From Orbicella franksi (Eukaryota), in NCBI GenBank assembly GCA_964199315.1, contig OZ116708.1, positions 13,826,001-13,890,000 of the forward strand: a stretch of DNA of 64,000 nucleotides, read 5' to 3'. Made by a program: the position numbers and the translations under genes. Positions within the stretch are counted from its first letter, which is position 1; each line of letters opens with the position of its first letter. Of this stretch, positions 45,881-56,200 are shown in pieces. The notes beneath the pieces are model-generated. The model had not been told where the DNA came from. It made no database searches and saw only the letters and a list, made by a program, of their open reading frames with translations.

Positions 45881-47858
45881 GACAGGCAGTCTCGCAAAAA
45901 CTGTACGAGTGTCTCTTTGACACTTCAGCTTTAAGACATCTGTATGAGGCTGTGAAGCATTGATATTGTAGGTACTGCTGTTGATCAATCATTTAATTTT
46001 CCTAATTTGATTTTAAATGGAACAAAGGTAGAGATGTGTGACGGGCGAGAAAAATAAACTAGAAGCAGACAGTAGAGTTACTTGAGAAAAATTCAGTTTC
46101 TTGAATTGACTGGAACAAATGATGACATTTCTAAGTAAGAGAATAGGAAATATGGCTGCAACCTGATTTTATCTTCCATACAGTTAATGATTAACGAGAA
46201 AAGCGTGGCTTTTAGACATCAGGAAATATGTGTTTTAGATTTTATAAAATTTACTTTACTATAATTTATAACTGATAAAATAAGCACAGCTCCCCAGGCT
46301 GTCAGAGAAATGGTGAGAAATACCAAAGGCTTAAGTTTTTTCTTGTCATTGTCACAGTGTTTTGATCAAACAGCCAGGTGCTGTTGTAACTTTCGGTGAA
46401 ATGGAGTTCTTTATTTTAAAGTTGATAATTTTTAGCCTAGAAAAAAAATTGCTAAAAAAATACATTCTTAACTACCAAACGCTAGGTTTTAGTTATGCAA
46501 TTAGGCTTATATGTCAAGATGTTTATCAAAACGAAATCTTTCGTAATGTGACATAGAGATTCATTTTCACCGTATGAATGTACGCGGTGTTGATCATTAA
46601 TCTGAAGTAGTCCAGGTTGCCACGAAATGTCGGGGTTTATTTAAGGTTAGTGAGTTTAGTGTAACATGTTGTAGTTGTTTTGAATTTTAACAAAACACAG
46701 ATTTTAATTCTTGGGTTTTGTTTTGATTTCATAAATAAAGCGAGTCGTTGTCACGGAACGAGTCACGTTTATTCAGTTGTTTTGTGGCCTAAAATTCTCG
46801 GTAACTTTGTCAGTCACGTTTGTAAAGAAAGTTTAGAGTTAGAGTGTAATGAGTTCACCTGCGTGCCAAAAACAAACATATACGTATGCAAACTGCATGT
46901 ACATGATTATTAATTCCACGAAATGCTTTTACATTTTAGTTGGATCGGGTTTGACGAAAGAGAAACACATACAACTCGAGTCGCTTTTTTTTCCTATGAT
47001 GTTCCTGGCGTATGGATCCTAATGCCATGCGATTTCACGATTTGGACGCTATCTTGGACTGGCACATCTGGCCTCAAAATCATGCTACCGTTGGCTCGGG
47101 TCACGGTACTGAGCATATCGCCTCGCGCTCGAATCCCGAGTCACCGCGGCTTCCAGATTTCTTCCAGGGTAAACTGTTTCGCTCGTGGCACTAGAAAAGA
47201 AAACGTCTACCGCAACAGAAAGCAAATCATAGCTATGTAGTTCACTCAAAGGATTTTGTTTACAGATACAAGTTACAGCAATTCAGTTTTTTGCACCTCA
47301 TTTTGCGAAGCAGATTTAACTGCATGAAACTACTGCATCGATAAAGACGTAAACAAAGTGTCCAGACGAGCTCTAGTAACTTCTTGGTTCCAAAATTTCC
47401 CTTTCCACCGTGAAAATGCAAGTACTGACAAATTAACGCTTCTTCTAAGGCGGATAGGTGGCCTCTGATTCTAATAAAGCTACATCCAAAGTAAAACGAA
47501 GAAATTAACTTTCAGTTTTGGCCGCCATGATCAAGATACGAAGTTCAATCACGACTTTATTATTTCCATTTTGAAATGACACAATTTAATCGCCCAAATA
47601 CAGGATTATAGTCAGTACCAATATTTTATAGATCCAGTCACCGGTTTGTAACAACGCTAAGGAAAAAAAAAGTTGCAATTTAGAGCAAAGAACAGTACGA
47701 TTCTGCACGACACTGCATTTTGATTGGTTACTTTAAACAAACCTTGAAAGCTGATTGGTTGTTTTGTTTTAGTGTTTCTTTCTTATTGCATGCAATTTAG
47801 AGCAAAACATGGTGCTATTCGTGAATAAATCGCACAGCTGAGAGTCAATCAGATTGCA

Positions 47859-50800
47859 CAAGACATAAAGGAGTTTGTCACCTACTTAACTAAAGCTGTT
47901 TGTTGAAAGGTGAGAGTTTTAAATATAAACGCGACTCCGAAGGAATTGATAGCCCGGAATATTAGAATAAAAGATTGACAGAGTTATAGAAAAATGGCGA
48001 CAGCTGATTTCAGTGACCTAATAGTTAACGACGTCTTGCTTTTCACAAACAGCTTTATAGTTCCGCCAGTGGGACCGCAGAATTTGTATGAATGGAAAGT
48101 GTCAAACGTCCTTTATCAACTGGCATAAGGGGTGAAAGGGTTCATAAGGCATTGTTTTATGTTTATGAAGCGTACAAATGGATTGCGTGCGTGCAAAACA
48201 AAAAGAAAGTTTCTTGATTCTTTAGAGATTACTTATGTCTTCGAATGTTTAGAAAATGTAAGATTTTAAAACCGCAAATTACATGACGTTTGTGACTATA
48301 AATGTGAAAAGGACGAAAAGGCAATGTTTGCTTCATACGCTTCAGAGATGTACGTCGTTGGGGGTAGACAAAATGTCTGGAAGGCTAGTTACACGTATTT
48401 ATTTAGCTGCGGCACCCTTAATCCTTTCTAGACACATCTATGACTAAAGGGAACTTAACAATGAGTTAAGCAGAGATCTTGATGTTTCATTTGGAAAGTT
48501 TTCCGAACTACTATTCGTCTAATGTTGCCATTGTTGCTCCGCCAGACAGTTTTATCATATGTTGTATTTATAATATACTGGGTTATATGAAGGATGGGAA
48601 GGATGTCAGTTCCTTTGTGATGACTATGCTGTCAAAGAGATTCAATTAGACCTTCTCCATTGGTTCTTTTCCCGCAATAATAGAAAACGTTAACACTACC
48701 GCCAAGTAATCGTTCAAACAAAACAAACAAATTAATGCCCTCTGATGCCGTTTTGACACTATTTAGTTTAAAACGTTTTGCGTAACAAACGTTGTTATCC
48801 TACATGCCTACTTCATCATAGTTAATTGATTTCCTCACCATTTACATATTTGTGTGCCTAAAGTGCAGGACTTGTTCGAGTGTGGTGCCTTCCTCATAAC
48901 GAAGCAATTTTTTTTTTTTTTATAAATAGCAAGTTACATCTATCCGACTAATCATTGCTCAGAGAATTTTGATTCAACAAACAAAATCACAAAGTCACTC
49001 TGAGGTCTTGTTGAATTAAGTAAAGTCCCTCTGAGGTCTTGTTGAATTAAGTAAAGGCAGTTTAATAACTTGAATTAGGGGTCAAAAACTGAGACGGATA
49101 TACAAACGTTTCTACGATATGTTCGTCACTCGATAACAGCGAAAGTGCTTAGTTTCATTCCTAGTTAACAAAACTTCCAGCAAGCCGGAGGAGAATGTAG
49201 TTCAGCGGATAATCAAAGCTCGTTCTAATGGGTCTAATAACTGCAGTAGAATGGCCCATTGTCGATGTATTTATGTTGCTGACCTGTGGCTCATGAAAGA
49301 CCGTAAACATGATTCAATTCATGAATCTGACAAGCCTTCCGTGATAGTCAAAAGAGCTTGCGGAAATTATGTAAATATTTGCACCTTCTGTCAACACATT
49401 ATGTTTCAGAGTGTCCAACTGAACGAAAATTGATATAACACATTTTTCCTCCTAGTACGCCACACCCGAAAATACTACACTAAAAGGTATCGAAATATTC
49501 TTAAACCGAAGTTATGGCTAATGATGAAACGGATCTATTTGATATCACGGTCGGTCTGCTTGTGAAAAAGGACCGAAGGACGGCGAGGAAGATGAAAGAA
49601 GAAGACTTCGTTCGTGAAATCGACTACCTTTCATTTCAGTTAGATGCAATTGCGAGATCGCATCTTCTGACAAGCATTACCTTGTTTAAGGAGGGTGTGC
49701 TTTCCCTTTTTAAACTATTAGATCAAAGTAACAGAGGTAAATATCACACAGAAGCAGCGCCATCACCTAGAGAAACAACTAAAGAGACTGAACATATGGA
49801 AATTTTTCAGGAATCATCGTCAGATGCTATGAGCACACTTTCTCGAGGTCTAAAGGAATTGAAACTGACCAACTTGAATGAGAGAGGCAACGAAACACTT
49901 AAGACGGCAAAAGAAGATTTTCACCAAGCCCGCCTGAAGGCAATAGAGGCCTTCAATAACGATGCTTTAAGCACGTTAGATCGTATTCATGCGATAGCCA
50001 TTCGTGTTGCGGCGAAAATTCTCGAAAATGTGGATCACCCGGACGAGGCGTTAGCGGTGTGCAGAATGTCTCTTGAAGATTTACACTCCTTGAAAGGAGT
50101 GCCCGAAAGTTTTGGCGTGGAACTAACCCAAGGCTTCAGAGCCCACTTTAATAAGGCAGATCGCAGACAAATCATCGCGTCTGTCTGTCGAATAAATCGC
50201 GCCATTTACGATGTCATGTCAATGATCGGAATAAGTGGGGAGCTGCTGACGCTTCCCTTGATAGGAGAAGGAAAGGAAGCGGTAAACCCATTGCACGACT
50301 CAAGAGTCGCTGAAGTTCTGGGTAAACTAGACATGGAGCAGTTTTCCGTCCAGCCGTTGTCGCTTGGCCAAGAGGATGAAGAAGAAAACAAACCCAAGAT
50401 ACCGCAGGGTATTGCTGTAGACTCACAAGGTCACATTATTGTTGGCGACGACTGGGATCGCAATGTTAAGGTTTTTGATCACACTGGCCAGTTCCAGTAC
50501 TCTTTTTCATGTCCTCTGAGTGACAATCCCAACGCACTTTCGAGTATTGCAGATGTAGCTACTGATCGTACTGACAACGTGTACGTCTTGATTGAAGCGG
50601 AGAAGTCGGCGACGGCACGCTACCAAGTGTATGTGGTCAAGAAACAGGCCACGTTACATTGCTTTCCTTTGAGAGAAGAGGTTGAAGAAGCCTTACGGCT
50701 AACATTGAACAAAAAGGATCATATTCTTGTGTTGGCACAGTCGGTAGACAGTTCTGACCAAAATATCAGAAGTGTCGTGGAAGTTTACAACAAAGATGGA

Positions 50801-53242
50801 AAGTTTGAACACAGCTTTGGAGACCAACAGTTAAAATGTGCGCAAGATTTGAGTGTGAGTGGAGATGACCGAATACTGGTACTGGACAGAGATGTCGATG
50901 ACGTTCTGTCTATTCACGTCTTCTCTCCACATGGAGAACATTCATTCCACTTCAAAGTAAAGGAAGAACCCCACATCCCCAGATCAAGGCCCTCTGTTGC
51001 ATGTTACCGAGCACTTAATCATGTAGTTGTAGGTTACCCGTGTATGGTCTCTCACGGCAAAGGTCACTGTGTAAAAATTGCTGTATACACCATGCAGGGT
51101 GACAAACATGAAATTGTTCGCAGCATCGAACTCGCCACTGGTGAGCTGGTTTCTACTCGAGGAATTGCAGTAACTCTCAAGGGACACATCGCAATCGGTT
51201 TACTAGAAAAGAGCGAAGGTAACAGTAGAGTACTTGTTGTATAGGACAGGCAGTCTCGCAAAAACTGTACGAGTGTCTCTTTGACACTTCAGCTTTAAGA
51301 CATCTGTATGAGGCTGTGAAGCATTGATATTGTAGGTACTGCTGTTGATCAATCATTTAATTTTCCTAATTTGATTTTAAATGGAACAAAGGTAGAGATC
51401 TGTGACGGGCGAGAAACATAAACTAGAAGCAGACAGTAGAGTTACTTGAGAAAAATTCAGTTTCTTGAATTGACTGGAACAAATGGTGTCATTTCTAAGT
51501 GAGAGAATAGGAATATATGGCTGCAACCTGATTTTATCTTCCATACAGTTAATGATTAACGAGAAAAGCGTGGCTTTTAGACATCAGGAAATATATGTTT
51601 TAGATTTTATTAAATTTAATTTACTATAATTTATAACTGATAAAATAAGCACAGCTCCCCAGGCTGTCAAAGAAATGGTGAGAAATACCAAAGGCTTAAG
51701 TTTTTTCTTGTCATTATCACAGTGTTTTGATCAAACAGCCAGGTGCTGTTGTAACTTTCGGTGAAATGGAGTTCTTTATTTTCAAGTTGACAATTTGTAG
51801 CCTAGAAAAAAAATTGCTAAGAAAAATTTTATGTGCTAAAAAAATACATTCTTAACTACCAAACGCTAGGTTTTAGTTATGTAATTAGGCTTATATGTCA
51901 AGATGTTTATCAAAACGAAATCTTTCGTAATGTGACATAGAGATTCATTTTCACCGTATGAATGTACGCGGTGTTGATCATTAATCTGAAGTAGTCCAGG
52001 TTGCCACGAAATGTCGGGGTTTATTTAAGGTTAGTGAGTTTGGTGTAACATGTTGTAGTTGTTTTGAATTTTAACAAAACACAGATTTTAATTCTTGGGT
52101 TTTGTTTTGATTTCATAAATAAAGCGAGTCGTTGTCACGGAACGAGTCACGTTTATTCAGTTGTTTTGTGGCCTAAAATTCTCGGTAACTTTGTCAGTCA
52201 CGTTTGTTTAAAGAAAGTTTAGAGTTAGAACGTAATGGGTTCACCTGCGTGCCAAAAACAAACATATACGTATGCAAACTGCATGTACATGATTATTAAT
52301 TCCATGAAATGTTTTTACATTTTAGTTGGATTCGGTTTGACGAAAGAAAAACACATACAACTCGAGTCGCTTTCTTTTCCTATGATGTCCCGGTTGTATG
52401 GATCCTAATGCCATGCGATTTCACGATTTGGACGCCATCTTGGACTGGCACATCTGGCCTCAAAATCATGCTACCGTTGGCTCGGGTCACGGTAATGAGC
52501 GTATCGCCTCGCGCTCGAATCCCGAGTCACCGCGGCTTCCAGATTTCTTCCAGGGTAAACTGTTTCGCTCGTAGCACTAGAAAAGAAAAGTCTACCGCAA
52601 CAGAAAGCAAATCATAGCTATGCAGTTCACTCAAAGGATTTTGTTTACAGATACAAGTTACAGCAATTCAGTTTTTTGCACCTCATTTTGCGAAGCAGAT
52701 TCTACTGCATGAAACTACTGCATCGATAAAGACGTAAACAAAGTGTCCAGACGAGCTCTAGTAACTTCTTGGTTCCAAAATTTCCCTTTCCACCGTGAAA
52801 ATGCAAGTACTGACAAATTAACGCTTCTTTTAAGGCGGATAGGTGGCCTCTGATTCTAATAAAGCTACATCCAAAGTAAAACGAAGAAATTAACTTTCAG
52901 TTTTGGCCGCCATGATCAAGATACGAAGTTCAATCACGACTTTATTATTTCCATTTTGAAATGACACAATTTAATCGCCCAAATACAGGATTATAGTCAG
53001 TATCAATATTTTATAGATCCAGTCACCGGTTTGTAACAACGCTAAGGAAAAAAAAGGTGCAATTTAGAGCAAAGAACAGTACGATTCTGCACGACACTGC
53101 ATTTTGATTGGTTACTTTAAACAAACCTTGAAAGCTGATTGGTTGTTTCGTTTTAGTGTTCTTTTCTTATTGCATGGAATTTAGAGCAAAACATGGTGCT
53201 ATTCGTGAATAAATCGCACAGCTGAGAGTCAATCAGATTGCA
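47859..53242 (+). repeat. Tandem segmental duplication unit 2 (~5.38 kb)
   Basis: Junction gattgca-c-aagacata at 47859. Confidence 0.95.
49514..51244 (+). CDS. Helical-domain + NHL-repeat protein, tandem copy 2 (576 aa)
   Basis: Intact ORF; 13 aa differences from copy 1 by manual comparison. Confidence 0.9.
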   Translation: MANDETDLFDITVGLLVKKDRRTARKMKEEDFVREIDYLSFQLDAIARSHLLTSITLFKEGVLSLFKLLDQSNRGKYHTEAAPSPRETTKETEHMEIFQESSSDAMSTLSRGLKELKLTNLNERGNETLKTAKEDFHQARLKAIEAFNNDALSTLDRIHAIAIRVAAKILENVDHPDEALAVCRMSLEDLHSLKGVPESFGVELTQGFRAHFNKADRRQIIASVCRINRAIYDVMSMIGISGELLTLPLIGEGKEAVNPLHDSRVAEVLGKLDMEQFSVQPLSLGQEDEEENKPKIPQGIAVDSQGHIIVGDDWDRNVKVFDHTGQFQYSFSCPLSDNPNALSSIADVATDRTDNVYVLIEAEKSATARYQVYVVKKQATLHCFPLREEVEEALRLTLNKKDHILVLAQSVDSSDQNIRSVVEVYNKDGKFEHSFGDQQLKCAQDLSVSGDDRILVLDRDVDDVLSIHVFSPHGEHSFHFKVKEEPHIPRSRPSVACYRALNHVVVGYPCMVSHGKGHCVKIAVYTMQGDKHEIVRSIELATGELVSTRGIAVTLKGHIAIGLLEKSEGNSRVLVV

Positions 53243-56200
53243 CAAGACATAAGGGAGTTTGTCACCTAGTCAACTAAAGCTGTTTGTTGAAAAGTGAGAG
53301 TTTTAAATATAAACGCGACTCCGAAGGAATTGATAGCCCGGAATATTAGAATAAAAGATTGACAGAGTTATAGAAAAATGGCGACAGCTGATTTCAGTGA
53401 CCTAATAGTTAACGACGTCTTGCTTTTCACAAACAGCTTTATAGTTCCGCCAGTGGGACCGCAGAATTTGTATGAATGGAAAGTGTCAAACGTCCTTTAT
53501 CAACTGGCATAAGGGGTGAAAGGGTTCATAAGGCATTGTTTTATGTTTATGAAGCGTACAAATGGATTGCGTGCGTGCAAAACAAAAAGAAAGTTTCTTG
53601 ATTCTTTAGAGATTACTTATGTCTTCGAATGTTTAGAAAATGTAAGATTTTAAAACCGCAAATTACATGACGTTTGTGACTATAAATGTGAAAAGGACGA
53701 AAAGGCAATGTTTGCTTCACACGCTTCAGACATGTATGTCGTTGGGGGTAGACAAAATGTCTGGAAGGCTAGTTACACGTATTTATTTAGCTGCGGCACC
53801 CTTGATCCTTTCTAGACGCGTCTATGACTAAAGGGAACTTAAGAATGAATTAAGCAGAGATTTTGATGTTTCATTTGGAAAGTTTTCCGAACTACTATGT
53901 GTCTGATGTTGCCATTGTTGCTCCGCCAGACAGTTTTATCATATGTTGTATTTATAATATACGGGGTTATATGAAGGATGGGAAGGATGTCAGTTCCTTT
54001 GTGATGACTATGCTGTCAAAGAGATTCAATTAGACCTTCTCCATTGGTTCTTTTCCCGCAATAATAGAAAACGTTAACACTACCGCCAAGTAATCGTTCA
54101 AACAAAACAAACAAATTAATGCCCTCTGATGCCGTTTTGACACTATTTAGTTTCAAACGTTTTGCGTAACAAACGTTGTTGTCCTACATGCCTACTTCAT
54201 CATAGTTAACTGATTTCCTTACCATTTACATATTTGTGTGCCTAAAGTGCAGGACTTGTTCGAGTGTGGTGCCTTCCTCATAACGAAGCAATTTTTTTTT
54301 TTATAAATAGTAAGTTACATCTATCCGACTAATCATTGCTCAGAGAATTTTGATTCAACAAACAAAATTACAAAGTCACTCTGAGGTCTTGTTGAATTAA
54401 GTAAAGTCCCTCTGAGGTCTTGTTGAATTAAGTAAAGGTAGTGTAATTACTTGAATTAGGCGTCAAAAACTTAGACGGATATACAAACGTTTCTACGATA
54501 TGTTCGTCACTCGATAACAGCGAAAGTGCTTAGTTTCATTCCTAGTTCACAAAACTTCCAGCAAGCCGGAGGAGAATGTAGTTCAGCGGATAATCAAAGC
54601 TCGTTCTAATGGGTCTAATAACTGCAGTAGAACGGCCCATTGTCGATGTATTTATGTTGCTGACCTGTGGCTCATGAAAGACCGTAAACATGATTCAATT
54701 CATGAATCTGACAAGCCTTCCGTGATAGTCAAAAGAGCTTGCGGAAATTATGTAAATATTTGTACCTTCTGTCAACACATTATGTTTCAGAGTTGCCAGC
54801 TGAACGAAAATTGATGTAACACATTTTTCCTCCTAGTACGCCACACCCGAAAATACTGGACTAAAAGGTATCGAAATATTCTTAAACCGAAGTTATGGCT
54901 AATGATGAAACGGATCTATTTGATATCACGGTCGGTCTGCTTGTGAAAAAGGACCGAAGGACGGCGAGGAAGATGAAAGAAGAAGACTTCGTTCGTGAAA
55001 TCGACTACCTTTCATTTCAGTTAGATGCAATTGCGAGATCGCATCTTCTGACAAGCATTACCTTGTTTAAGGAGGGTGTGCTCTCCCTTTTTAAACTATT
55101 AGATAAAAGTAACACAGGTAAATATCACACAGAAGCAGCGCCATCACCTAGAGAAACAACTGAAGAGACTGAACATATGGAAATTTTTAAGGAATCATCG
55201 TCAGATGCTATGAGCACACTTTCTCGAGGTCTAAAGGAATTGAAACTGACCAACTTGAATGAGACAGGTAACGAAACACTTAAAACGGCAAAAGAAGATT
55301 TTCACCAAGCCCGCCTGAAGGCAATAGAGGCCTTCAATAACGATGCTTTAAGCACGTTAGATCGTATTCATGCGATAGCCATTCGTGTTGGGGCGAAAAT
55401 TCTCGAAAATGTGGATCACCCAGACGAGGCGTTAGCGGTGTGCAGAATGTCTCTTGAAGATTTACACTCCTTAAAAGGAGTGCCCGAAAGTTTTGGCGTG
55501 GAACTAACCCAAGGCTTCAGAGCCCACTTTAATAAGGCAGATCGCAGACAAATCATCGCGTCTGTCTGTCGAATAAATCGCGCCATTTACGATGTCATGT
55601 CAATGATCGGAATAAGTGGGGAGCTGCTGACGCTTCCCTTGATAGGAGAAGGAAAGGAAGCGGTAAACCCATTGCACGACTCAAGAGTCGCTGAAGTTCT
55701 GGGTAAACTAGACATGGAGCAGTTTTCCGTCCAGCCGTTGTCGCTTGGCCAAGAGGATGAAGAAGAAAACAAACCCAAGATACCGCAGGGTATTGCTGTA
55801 GACTCACAAGGTCACATTATTGTTGGCGACGACTGGGATCGCAATGTTAAGGTTTTTGATCACACTGGCCTGTTCCAGTACTCTTTTTCATGTCCTCTGA
55901 GTGACAATCCCAACGCACTTTCGAGTATTGCAGATGTAGCTACTGATCGTACTGACAACGTGTACGTCTTGATTGAAGCGGAGAAGTCGGCGACGGCACG
56001 CTACCAAGTGTATGTGGTCAAGAAACAGGCCACGTTACATTGCTTTCCTTTGAGAGAAGAGGTTGAAGAAGCCTTACGGCTAACATTGAACAAAAAGGAT
56101 CATATTCTTGTGTTGGCACAGTCGGTAGACAGTTCTGACCAAAATACCAGAAGTATCGTGGAAGTTTACAACAAAGATGGAAAGTTTGAACACAGCTTTG

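Larger units (their letters stand above)
42540..47858 (+). repeat. Tandem segmental duplication unit 1 (~5.32 kb)
   Basis: Begins caagacataagggagtttgtcacc; collinear with units 2 and 3 through promoter, CDS and 3' flank. Confidence 0.95.

Noticed and set aside
46923-47240. 105-aa ORF and a protein-like minus frame in the 3' flank of each unit
   Set aside because: Truncated in unit 3; the minus frames contain stops in all copies; no domain recognised.
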